Assembly (NCBI GenBank): GCA_964016885.1
Contig: OZ024753.1
Span: 37,634,001-37,698,000 of the forward strand
DNA: 64,000 nucleotides
From: Eledone cirrhosa
Lineage: Eukaryota
Direction of reading: 5' to 3'
Shown: in pieces, positions 46,564 through 57,876 of the stretch
Layout: every line of letters starts with the position of its first letter
How positions within the stretch are numbered: position 1 is the first letter of the stretch
The notes under the pieces: model-generated
Database searches by the model: none
What the model was told of the DNA's origin: nothing
Seen by the model: only the letters and a program-made list of their open reading frames with translations
Translations under genes and position numbers: made by a program

Positions 46564-47212
46564 CTGTAGGGAATAAAGAATTGTTAAATGAATTTAAAGT
46601 GACATAATGATGATGACTAGTGATTTGAGGGAGATTTGGTTGTTGTTTCTAGCAGTTTGAGAAACCACATAGAGGCTCCCTCATTAGCTCAGTAGAGACT
46701 ATTCACTAAGTTCCTATTTCATGATGATGATGATAATAATAAAATGAAGCTATATCTGTGTCTGTTAGACATCTGTCAATTCTGATAAGTGTTCCAGTGG
46801 TTTGATCAATAGTATGATCTTGGTACTAACATTTTCTTTCATCTGTGTACTGGGATATCTATTCTATAAACTTCTCTCTTCTACATACTGTAATTTTTAA
46901 TGGTCTTGTTCAGGAACTGGTGTCATCGCAACAGAATCAGAGATGGATTAAACTTGCATGTGGCTGGAATTTATATTAGAACCCTTGGATATTATCTATG
47001 GAAATAAACAATTAATTTAGGTCCCTAGCAGTACCTTAGTCCACCACTGAGCAAAACTAAAGGGTTTTTCTTCCGTTCCCTTCATCTACTTACCTTTTTG
47101 TTTTTTATTTTCTTTCTGGATAGCAAAGGCCTGAATTTCAACTTTCCATCTATTGAATATCCCAATGTATGATTAAGAAGTTCTCTTCGTAGTCATGTTG
47201 TTCCAGGTTAGA

Positions 47213-47476
47213 TCATCATCATCATCATCACCGTTTTACGTCCGTTCTTCCACGCTAGCATAGGTTAGACGGGTTGTCCTGTTGTGTGCAGTGTCTGGTC
47301 GGCTGACCATGCCTTGCTCATACAGGAACTGATCTGGCTTGATTTCTACAGCTGGATGCCCTTCCTAACACCAACCTCATTTACAGTGAGTGCTGGGTGC
47401 TTTTTCGTGGCGCCTACACGTCCACTTTACAGTGTGGGCTGGGTGCTTTTTTGCCGTGGCACCTCCACGACCACCT
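47213..47476 (-). mobile_element. SINE-like element with (GAT)n tail
   Basis: Near-identical inverted copy of 63278-63543. Confidence 0.85.
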
Positions 47477-48539
47477 AGATCTCTCCTGCATTTGGCGTTG
47501 CCCCAAATGCAGGACAGATCTAACCTGTCGTTCACTGTAGTTTTTGGTCTGTGCTTGTGAATGGTATTGGGTAGGCAGGACCTGTTCAAGAGTCAGTTCT
47601 ATATATGAAGTCGGGTCCATGTTTGAGGTTACACTGGTCTAACGGTGCTGTCTTTATGTTGTGTCCTGTAGTGGTTCGACAAATAGAGATTAATAAATTC
47701 AGTATTAAATTCGTTATAATTTTATACATATACATAACAGGAGGTGAGTGTGTATGTGTACTGTAAGTATTTTGAAAGATTTATTTCCCTTAGACAGCTA
47801 TTCTACCACATTTAACACACTGTCTCTTATGCATTAAGGGGAATAACTGTTTTGAAAACCCCCTCAACACATAAAAACACACGTTATCTCTCTTAGATCC
47901 AGACACTTTATGCATGTGTGTGAGTGAGAATAACAGAATGCATTTGTGTTTATGCGTGTGAGAAACATAGAAAAGTGTAAGAGACATAGAGTGTGAGAGA
48001 GAAAGGGTCAGTGAGAATGTGTGTGTTTGGTAGAGAGTGCGTGATAAATACAATGTGTATGTATGTTTATGGGAGAGCGATCGGACACGACAGGGAGTGT
48101 GTGTGAGCGAGAGAGAGATGTAAATACGTGTTTGAAATTGAAATAGAGAAATAGTATAGGTTCCTGTTTTTAAGAATTGTACTAAAAACATAAGCTATCT
48201 GCAGCTTAACTATTGCATTAAAACACACATTAACTCTTAATATGCTGTACTACATAGAACTACATGAGCAAGACATTGTTGAAAACGGTAGAATGACTAT
48301 ATCACATTTAGTTTACTAAAAATGTTTATAATCTGTCCCCTAGTAATGATACTATAAATATTTGAATTAAACCTGTCTTTAGATGTGTTCTGCTAAAATA
48401 TTACATGGTATTAAGAGTTAAATGCAGCTGAACTAGACAAAAATAACCACTTCTAACTAGAGTAGACTAATCTAAAAACATTTATTATCGTGACAGAGAA
48501 ACTACAATATTCAATTTACAATACATGATTAAAAAAAAA

Positions 48540-48998
48540 TTTATTAATACAATACAACTATTTAATGTATATAAAAATTAGTTTGGGTTTAAAATGTAAT
48601 TAGAACTTTCATACAAATATAGACGATTGTAAAACGACACTTTATACAAATATTAAAAAAATGTTAATGCTATTTACAATATATTAGAGTTTTTAAAAAA
48701 AGAATATAAATGTTAGTAGAATAATCGAACAAAAATATTAAATTCGACAAAATTTAAACTCATGGAAAGATGTGAGAAAAAAAGATCATGAAATTATTCA
48801 CGATTAAAATGTTATTTACAATATTTGTTGTATAAAAAAATGTTAAAGTGTTAGGGTTAAAATAAAACTAAGTAATGCTCAAATGTAGACATTAAGATAT
48901 GCTATTTACAATGTGTTTTCTGAAAAAAATATTAGTGTTATGTTAAAAAAAAAACGAAGTAATTTTTAAATGTAGACATCATTAATATGTTATTTACA
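48540..48998 (-). promoter_or_regulatory. Putative 3' UTR control region of cyclin T-like A: four Pumilio/Nanos motifs, CPE and poly(A) signal
   Basis: Plus-strand tatttacaat (mRNA AUUGUAAAUA) at 48671, 48813, 48903 and 48991; ataaaa (UUUUAU) at 48571; tttatt (AAUAAA) at 48540. UTR extent is inferred. Confidence 0.5.
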
Positions 48999-50065
48999 AT
49001 ATTTGTTTAATGGAAAAAAATATTAAAGTGTTAGGGTTAAAAGAAACAGGTAAATAAAATGTTCAAATGTAAACATCCTTAAAGTCGAAATATATTAATG
49101 ATTAGAAAGTTGTTATACAGAGAATTAATAGAGTTTACATCTGGATCTTTAGTATGCTGTTTTCGATTTTCTTCGCTGTTATTTATTCGGGATAGCTGGA
49201 TAGTTTCCGTAACTGTGAAATACCTTATTTTCATGGTGCAGCTTTACATTAGGAATTGTTTTTTTTAAATAAGTAGCTTATAAAATATAAATAATTCTTA
49301 TCACAGTCTAAAATTGTTACATTAGTGAAAGACATGTAAAACTTTACACAGTTCTATAATCCACAATGAAATTGTTATTTCTTAATATAAAACTTGTAAA
49401 CGCACGTGTGGTATTGTATATACGTTACTAGAACTGTGTATAATATGAAAACAAGAAATTTTTCATATTTATCATATTTGCAGATGATGCGAAATTATAT
49501 TTCAACATCCACAAATAAAGTAAATTTCTAAAATACGAAATCCGAAACCGGATCGAAAAACTATTTAAATCGTCTCAAATTGTTTCAAAGTTTATAGTTA
49601 TATGTAGATGTAAATATTATCGTTTCGGTGAATAGAAGTATTTCTAATAACATCAATAATCACTGAGAGTTAGATTCTATGTTTTATGTAGGTAAAACTA
49701 TTACATTTGTAAACATTGTGAATTGTATAGATAGTTACTGTCCGTTACACAGTTTAATGGCTGTTGTTGTTAATGTTTATATATAGATATTATTTTTGTG
49801 TGAAATATATTATATTTCTGTTATCAGTGTGTAAAATTCTGTTTGTTTTATACTACTGTTCAATAGAAATTATTGATTCACCTCGTGTGTAATAGAATTG
49901 TTATTTGATTGTGTTTATCTTAGTGATGTTTATATCGTAATTTTATCAATGTCTAACGATTTATGTTTGTGTACCTCAGTAATTTGTTCAATTTTACCAC
50001 TCTTGCTAAAGGGTCCATCCTATATATATTATGTGTTACTGTCTCCTACGTGTTTATATTCCATT

Positions 50066-50971
50066 TTAACCTGATCTGTTAGAAGATACTGTCGGGTTTT
50101 CTGGGGGAGATATATTTTCATGCCGAACACAGGATGGGCCGCTATTTGGACTCTTCTTCGCTTTAGCTTCCGCTACCATTAATTTTAAATTGTCCGTTAA
50201 TACTGGAAAGAGTCTCTTAAAATCAATATGAGCATAAGCTATCTTTGCAAGAAAGTTGTTCGCTAACTCATCTAACACTTTTTCAGACATGTTTTGATCG
50301 ACGTAGTAATACCATGCCTTGCCCTCACTCGATAATGGTACACACCATTTTGCCCATTTGATTATTATATAGAGACATATGCAGCATATCGTATTTGATT
50401 TGTACATTAGACAACAGTTAGTTAAACACAGATAAGATGTCATTAATTGATACGATAAACATGTTATTTGTTTGTTAGCTTTAATGCTCTGGCATATTTT
50501 TACATTATGGAACTGTGGTAAGATGAAAGCGGTATTAAATCCTAAACACATCAATATAATTTCTTCATAATGAAGTATAGTAGACGACATTTTCTGTAAA
50601 TACTCTGGGCTGAGCTCTTTATTGCTCATACTATTCAAATCGCTTATAGCTATTGAGACTAAGTCCTTAAAAACACATGGTCTTTCATGAGATTTAGCAG
50701 ATAAAAACAAACAAGCAGATCCCATCAGTTTGTAATTGTATGTTTTGAACGATTTCAAAACGTAAACACGATGCATATATACAATGGCTATATTTATAAT
50801 ATAATCCTCTAAATACAAACTCTTACCAACTTTATACATGTGGACTGCTGTTTTCTGTCGGAAAAACCTTTCTTTGTCGTATGGAAAATCGTCAATTCTT
50901 TTCTGGCATATATCGATCAATTCTTCTTCCTTGTAAATCCATCGTTCTCGTACATTATAAACGTTATCCAT
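50066..50971 (-). CDS. CCNT: Intronless cyclin T-like protein A (cyclin-box region only, about 301 aa from first ATG)
   Basis: RWIY..E..FRQKTA..INIAIVYMHRVY..LFLSAK..LGF..KWAKWCVPLSSEGKAWYYYVD..LDELANNFL aligns with the cyclin T N-terminal domain; the ORF is open. Confidence 0.92.
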   Translation of the reverse strand: MDNVYNVRERWIYKEEELIDICQKRIDDFPYDKERFFRQKTAVHMYKVGKSLYLEDYIINIAIVYMHRVYVLKSFKTYNYKLMGSACLFLSAKSHERPCVFKDLVSIAISDLNSMSNKELSPEYLQKMSSTILHYEEIILMCLGFNTAFILPQFHNVKICQSIKANKQITCLSYQLMTSYLCLTNCCLMYKSNTICCICLYIIIKWAKWCVPLSSEGKAWYYYVDQNMSEKVLDELANNFLAKIAYAHIDFKRLFPVLTDNLKLMVAEAKAKKSPNSGPSCVRHENISPPENPTVSSNRSG

Positions 50972-51154
50972 GTTAACAGTAAAATATAAATATCGTGTGT
51001 GTATAAGTAGCACTGTATGAATTTGTCCGTTTAATAATATGTACGTAAATAAACGTTTTATGAGGGTTTAGAACTACGTGGTGTTTGTGAAGAAGGTAGC
51101 AACACAACTGTAGCTATAGTGAAAATACTACCTGGTCAACCGTAAAATGAATGG

Positions 51155-51230
51155 AGTCACATGGTTTTAGGCGGGACCGGAAATTGTAAAGGGGTTTGGG
51201 GTCGTATGAAGCAGAGGTCAATTTCCGGTG
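51155..51230. promoter_or_regulatory. Candidate promoter of cyclin T-like A
   Basis: About 200 bp upstream of the ATG: E-box gtcacatgg, ggcggga, and an inverted 11-bp ETS-like pair accggaaattg (51176) / caatttccggt (51219). Confidence 0.4.
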
Positions 51231-51309
51231 ATTGATCAACCACGGACACACTTATTTTTTTCTCTTATGAGACATACCCTGGTGTGTCTAAACACACACA
51301 TATATACAC

Positions 51310-51362
<53 letters not shown>

Positions 51363-51508
51363 CCCGATAGAGGTTTGTGTGGTTCGGCTGCATCAAATTT
51401 CAATAATACTTCAATTGTTAGCCGCTTTGTTCTTAGTTATCAAAATTAATTTCGAATTATACTTATAAGGAATCAAATAATTTATTTCCCCTATAGTAAG
51501 CTATACAA

Positions 51509-51696
51509 CAGGCATGCCAAACTGACGGTCCCTCCGCGGGCCACATAGATCACTTATGTGTTGTCTGATGGCTACACACGACATCTAGTTGCGCTCATTA
51601 CAACTAATTTTACCAAGATAAAACATGCTCGCACTATAAAAACCTTTGTGCGGGCCACAGTTGTGCTTGTAAAAGGCCGCATGTTTGACATGCCTG
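51509..51696. mobile_element. hAT (Charlie-like) MITE
   Basis: TIRs caggcatgccaaac / gtttgacatgcctg; 8-bp TSD ctatacaa. Confidence 0.9.
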
Positions 51697-52868
51697 CTAT
51701 ACAACATATATAAACAGTTTCATTGGGAGATTGAGTGCTGCTGATTATATTGTATCTGAAAAAATGGGGATTGAGAAAACAAATATATTTTTTACACAAA
51801 AATAAATGTAGGTTTGAATTATCTATTTTTATTAAATAATATATAATAGATATTGTTATTGTTTATAACATTATCAAATCTTTCCCACATCGAATAAGCA
51901 ACTAAACGATAGTAAAATAATGATGTGTAATGTACTGGATTTGATGATCTCTCAGTAGGCTATCAGTTTTTAAATAGTGTAATAACTACGATACGATAGA
52001 GATATATATACAAAACAATTAAGGTATATATTTCTTTATTAGGAACAAACATTTTCTGGAAGCATAGCATTGCAGCTCATAGTTGCTCCTACACAATACA
52101 GACGATATATTAAAATACTGTATATAACGTATAATTTAACAAAGGCTACAGATGAATTTACTGACTTATTTTATAAGTCAGTACGGTTTATATAATTTAG
52201 AAATCGATGTTTATCGTACAACATTTAACCGCTCGTTTCTATCTGTTGTATTGTTGGTGTGAATGGGGGGGGGGGTGAAGAAAAAAGAAAGAGGCAAAGA
52301 AAAAAAACTACAAAAAAAAAGAAAAAGAGAAACAAAGGAAGGAAGGAAAAAGATAAACAAAGAAGGAAGAAAAAGAAAACGGGAGAAGGAAAGAAAGAAA
52401 GAGGGAGAGAAAGAGAGAAAACAAGAAAGAAAAGTTTCAAGTGAAAATAAACTTTAGTATTCAGTAGAAGCAGTCGTAACACTTATCTCGCGATAAATAA
52501 ATAGTTGCATAGAGTTGCCTCCCTTCGTTTAGAGTGATCTTTCTTACATCTAACCTCTTTCTTATATTATAGTTAATAAGATGTATAAATGTATGTAACT
52601 TTTCTTTCTCATACTAGTATACAACTGGTTTTATGGCTATCTTCCCCGTCTTCCCCACCACATGCGGGTGGATGTAAGTAGAGCATGAGAAGGGTGGAAG
52701 AAGGGAGGGGAGTATGGAATGTGAGTAGAGAAGGGAGAGGTGGTGGTAGTAGTGGTGGTGGTGATAGTGGCAGTAGTGGTGGTGATAGTAGTAGTAGTGG
52801 TAGTTGTGGTGATGGTGTTGGTAGTAGTAGTGGTGGTAGTGGTGGTGGTTGTGGTGGTGGTTGTTGTG

Positions 52869-52900
<32 letters not shown>

Positions 52901-53247
52901 GGTGATGGTGGTATTAGTAGTAGTGGTGGCGGTGGTGGTAGTAATAGTAGTGGTAGTGGAGTATGAGATGAAGGAGGGGGAAGGCTGAAGGGGACGAATG
53001 TTCTATTTTGCTATTTGTATAGTTGATTAATTCGACATGCTAGAAATAGAAGTTAAATCTCCGTCGAATAATAATTACCTATCGTCTTTAAATAAAGACG
53101 GTCACATTAGCTACTGAAATCGTAGATACACTGTGATTGAAACGAAGGCAGGTTGGTCATAGCTGGAACGTCTTGCCTCACAACCTGAATCTTAAGCTCC
53201 AAGTCGATTATGAGTGAGCAGACCTATTCCAGCCATGACTATCCAAT

Positions 53248-53292
<45 letters not shown>

Positions 53293-53294
<2 letters not shown>

Positions 53295-53435
53295 CGAAGG
53301 AATTGTGGTAAGGAACCAGATGGACCATAACACACCAAAGTACTCAATACTTAGGGTAGTAGAGTGGGTAATCACCGTCCAGAAATAGCCATCGAAACGG
53401 CTTGAGCTCTGCCGTCGGGGTCATACTTGTTCCTA
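53293..53435. mobile_element. Family C fold-back element, rearranged copy
   Basis: The tail in inverted orientation is joined to gtccagaaatagccatcGAAACGGCTtgagctc..GTCgggg; TA on both sides. Confidence 0.75.
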
Positions 53436-53485
53436 TATATATATATATATATAGAAGTGGCTACACAACAGTTAGTTCACCATAC

Positions 53486-53523
53486 CGAGAACAATAGTTT
53501 CACCTTAGCGGATCCTCAGCTCG
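53486..53523 (-). ncRNA. Minimal type I hammerhead ribozyme
   Basis: Minus strand: cgag-CTGAGGA-tcc gctaa ggt-GAAAC-tatt-GTT-ctcg; a truncated mirror copy lies at 54389-54418. Confidence 0.7.
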
Positions 53524-53905
53524 TAATAGGCACTTCTTTACCCAACGGTCACCCTCCATGCGTATACCAACGCAGTCTTCTCTCCCGCACACTACAGCTT
53601 ATCCCTCTTATACACAGTTTCTCTCTCAACTCGTCTATGCTTGGTCGTTCACGCACATAAATATAAATATAGATACACACACCACTATTATTATATTATT
53701 ACTTTTAAGGAGTCCAAAAGCCAAAAGGAAAGGAAAACAAAAACAAACACAATTGATGTTCTTTTATATATAGAGAGAGAGATCTACCAACTCATAATAT
53801 TATAAAATTAAATCAAATTATTTAGTACTACAAGTGAAGTCATTCTTTTCCTTTTTTTCATATATACGAAACGGCTTGAGCTCAGCCGTCGGGGTCCTAC
53901 TCGTT

Positions 53906-53951
<46 letters not shown>

Positions 53952-53961
53952 AACGAGTAGG

Positions 53962-54013
<52 letters not shown>

Positions 54014-54418
54014 AACGAGTAGGACCCCGACGGCTGAGCTCAAGCCGTTTCGTATATATGAAAAAAAGGAAAAGAATGACTTCACTTGTAGTACTAAATA
54101 ATTTGATTTAATTTTATAATATTATGAGTTAGTAGATCTCTCTCTCTATATATAAAAGAACATCAATTGTGTTTGTTTTTGTTTTCCTTTCCTTTTGGCC
54201 TCCTTAACAGTAATAATATAATAATAGTGGTGTGTGTATCTATATTTATATTTATGTGCGTGAACGACCAAGCATAGACGAGTTGAGAGAGAAACTGTGT
54301 ATAAGAGGGATAAGCTGTAGTGTGCGGGAGAGAAGACTGCGTTGGTATACGCATGGAGGGTGACCGTTGGGTAAAGAAGTGCCTATTACGAGCTGAGGAT
54401 CCGCTAAGGTGAAACTAT
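53494..54418. repeat. Palindrome of about 925 bp (arms about 410 bp) with (TA)n core
   Basis: 53494-53908 and 54011-54418 are near-identical reverse complements; the ORF track shows the same peptide on both strands. Confidence 0.95.
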
Positions 54419-54595
54419 ATATAGATATATATATAGCAAGAATTACATTAGTCTATGTCTTAGTTTTTTTTTCTTTGAATAATGTTTCATTCACAATTAA
54501 AATACTTTAATTTAAATGAGATTAATTGTTGTCTGTTGTCTGTACATTTCTAGTCACATACTCAGGCCCGCACATGTATGCCTATTTGTGTATGA

Positions 54596-54936
54596 CAGAG
54601 GTTCTCAAAGTAGGCGCTACCACCCCGGAGGTGTTGAGAAGGTCCTAGGGTGTACTGAGGACTAAGATGATGGTGGGGGTGGTAGAAATGATATAATAGT
54701 ATATTAAATATCAAATGATATATATTATATATAAATATAGTAAAATTAAAAAAAATATATATGTATTTATTTATACATAGTATATATTATATTATTTATT
54801 ATATATAAATTAACGATTTTATTTATTATATATTATTTATAATATGCATGTCGGTAGGTCTCTCTGTAAATAGGAATGGGGGCGTTGAGGGTATTACATG
54901 GCCGTGAGGAGGAGAGCAAAAGTTTGAGAACATCTG
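54596..54936. mobile_element. hAT (Charlie-like) MITE
   Basis: TIRs cagaggttctcaaa / tttgagaacatctg; 8-bp TSD gtgtatga. Confidence 0.9.
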
Positions 54937-55396
54937 GTGTATGATATGCTGCGGTAGAAGACATATAGTTAGTATAAATATTTAGTTTTCACAACAAAAA
55001 ATCCATCGAAAAAGTTTCTTAGAATAAATATTGCTATTTGAAAATTTATATAAAAACTGATTTTAATATTTTTTACGATGCTGTGCTTACATTTTTTTTT
55101 AGGGAGTCTGTGTATATATATATATGTGTGTGTGTGTGTATGTGTTTACATATTTATTATGTTTCTACTGACCACTACATTAAACCCTTTTAATAAGTAG
55201 TTATTGGCCTGTACAGCGAATCTCCCTACTGGTGGTGGGGCTAGAGAAAGGGAAAGAGTGAGGGAGGGGAAGGAAAGAAGAAAGGGGGCGCTAACAGGCA
55301 GAGGGGAGCGGTAATGTTTTCATCAGGGTTTCATTTGGGCCCTCACCTGCTGACCACTGCACAAGCTCCACATCTTTCTCGAAATTAGCTTTAAAC

Positions 55397-56296
55397 ATGG
55401 ATAAAAAGTTGAAAAAAAACATTTTATTAAAGAAGAAGAAAAATGATATTTTACGTAAAAAGAAAATTGCAGCTAAGCGAAAGATAGAATGGATTTTTAC
55501 AGAACAACAAATGGTTGACATTTTCAACAGAAGACCATTAAGTCCTCAATTTACATACGAAACTGAAATGTATTATCGGCAGAAAACGGGTATATTTATG
55601 TCATACGTTAGTCGGCGATTGCTACTCACAGAATATCTATTAAACATTGCTGTGGTTTATATGCATCGATTTTATGTGTATAATTCATTTCAAGAGTTTA
55701 GTTATAAACTCATGGGGCCTGTCTGCTTGTATTTAGCTGCTAAAAATGACAACAAATGTATACGTATTGAACAAATGATTGTTGAAAGTCAAACATATTT
55801 TGATCAATCTCAAGATTCACATCGAAATGGAACGGTCTTTAATCAGATAATCAATGACTTTTTGCGTTACGAAGAAGCTCTCTTAGTCTGTTTAAATTTC
55901 GATTTTAACATTTTTCTACCTCATGTTCATGTTATCAGTGCATGTCAATTAATTAAAATTGATGACCAATTGATAAAGATTGCTCATCAATTGGCTACAT
56001 GTTGTTTAGTTTTGACGAATTTTTGTATCAAATATAAAGCACAAACTATCGCATGTGTGTGCATCAATTTGTTTATTAAATGGGGAAAGTGGGAGATTCC
56101 TTTGTCTACCGAAGGAAAACGATGGCATCGTTATATAGACACTTCTATGAATGATCAATTATTAGAAGAATTGGTGATGGAATTTCTTGAAATACTACAC
56201 AAGACAAACAGAGATTTTAAGGACCAATTTCCCGTTTTAACAAAGCACCAAACTGATAATACAGAGGAAGCTGCTACACCCGACGAAAATACCTGA
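55397..56296 (+). CDS. CCNT: Intronless cyclin T-like protein B (299 aa, basic N-terminal extension)
   Basis: WIFTEQQ..YRQKT..NIAVVYMHRFY..LYLAAK..PHVHV..ACVCI..KWGKWEIPLSTEGKRWHRYID..LLEELVMEFLEILHKT; AATAAA at 56545 and 56564. Confidence 0.93.
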   Translation: MDKKLKKNILLKKKKNDILRKKKIAAKRKIEWIFTEQQMVDIFNRRPLSPQFTYETEMYYRQKTGIFMSYVSRRLLLTEYLLNIAVVYMHRFYVYNSFQEFSYKLMGPVCLYLAAKNDNKCIRIEQMIVESQTYFDQSQDSHRNGTVFNQIINDFLRYEEALLVCLNFDFNIFLPHVHVISACQLIKIDDQLIKIAHQLATCCLVLTNFCIKYKAQTIACVCINLFIKWGKWEIPLSTEGKRWHRYIDTSMNDQLLEELVMEFLEILHKTNRDFKDQFPVLTKHQTDNTEEAATPDENT

Positions 56297-56729
56297 ACAT
56301 TGTTTTTACAACGATTTCAGTTAGGAAACAACAAACATTGCAAAACTATCTACATTCCATTCACTTTTATTTTACAGAACCATTAGATATAATTGTAATT
56401 TGTTAGTTCTGTACTTCAATCTTAATAATGTGATATATTTTTCCTTTTTATTCTAATTCTGCATATTATTTCTATCTCAGTACTGACATTTGATTGATTT
56501 TTAATCATTTTAACTATTCTACGTTCGTTTACATTTAGTTTTTTAATAAATTTTGTATTAAAAAATAAATGATTTTTAATTTGAATGTGATTTTGTCGTT
56601 ATTTATTTTATATATTTTTTATTTATTAATAAATATTCCCGATTATACGACTGTTCATATTTTACAATTCGGTTATAGTTTTTACTTTTATTTTGTTATT
56701 CAAATATACACATACCTATATAATAATAT

Positions 56730-56877
56730 ATATTAATTGCATTAAGACTAAATAGTGAGTTTTGTTAGCCTGGAGTTTCGCTTGTTTGTCACAGGGTCAT
56801 CAGACAAGAACATTTGGATAAACAGGCGAAACTCCAGCGTAACAAGACTCACTATTTAGCCTTAATAAAATTAATAT
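56730..56877. mobile_element. Older fold-back element with hammerhead motif
   Basis: Imperfect inverted arms; consensus of the arms is cttgt-CTGATGA-ccctgt gacaa acaggc-GAAAC-tccagc-GTA-acaag. Confidence 0.65.
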
Positions 56878-57391
56878 TAATATTACCTACTCCGATATTT
56901 AATAGGCTTTTCTCTCAGCCGTAAACCACATACGGATGATATATATATAGTTATTCAGATCAACGCATCCCTAAACATATATGATAGGATATACGGTTTA
57001 ATATTATATATAGTGCTTTTGTATATTTATTTCATTTACTTTCTCGGCTAGTATACATTTTCTTGATTTTAAAGCTTACGACATGTGGACCTTAACTTGT
57101 ATATGAATTCAATATTGAAATTAAAAATTTATTCTTGGTAGTTATATGACGCACGTGTAGAGTAGCCGTTAAGGGTTTAATAATTTTATTCACAGTTGTA
57201 AAAATAGCATTACAAATATGTTTTAAATATATACATAACATAACAAATGCGTAAATAACATTATAAATTACTCACAATTCGTTCAGTAGAGTAACTAAAA
57301 CATATTTGTCTTTATTATCGGGTATTCATAATAATAACGTATAATAGGTATGAATTATTTCGCTGGTTTCATACAACACTTTGCTTGAATC

Positions 57392-57631
57392 TATTAACTA
57401 TTTTGATACCAAACTGCAAGAGATCGTTCCTCGTTCTATGAAACAAAACTGTTTATATTTGTTTAAAAACCATCAAAATGTTATGTAAGAACTTTTCTTC
57501 GTGTCTGTTCCAAGCACCATTTTAATAATCAGACTGTTAGTTATATTATTAAATTCCTCCGCCAATTCTAGTTTATTTTTAAAATCATAGGCAGTGTTTC
57601 TTTATGAAAAATATGTTAAGGAAAAGGTTAA
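57392..57631. mobile_element. TTAA-bounded MITE-like repeat
   Basis: ttaactattttgatacc..aaggaaaaggttaa; an inverted relative lies at about 45430-45695 and fragments at 34930-35760. Confidence 0.45.
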
Positions 57632-57838
57632 AGTAAATTGTAGTACAATTTTTAACATCAACTGTCCTTTATTTTGAACAGATGTCGTTCACTGTAGTTT
57701 TGGGTTTATCCTTGTGAATGGTATTGGGTAAGCAGAACCTCTGCAGGAGTTAATTCTATGTACGATGTCGGATTCATGTTTGAGGTTACACCGGTCTAAT
57801 GGTGGTGTCTTTGTGTTGTGTCCTTTTTATCTCCTAAA

Positions 57839-57876
<38 letters not shown>

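Noticed and set aside
48850-49040. ttaggg hexamers as telomeric repeats
   Set aside because: Isolated single hexamers within the 90-bp repeat.
52259-52988. Lys/Arg-rich, Gly/Ser-rich and poly-Val ORFs
   Set aside because: Low-complexity purine and (GGT/AGT)n tracts with no domain signal.
53494-54418. Palindrome as the cause of the inverted cyclin T duplication
   Set aside because: The arms are near-identical whereas the genes are highly diverged, and the flanks outside the arms are not mirrored.
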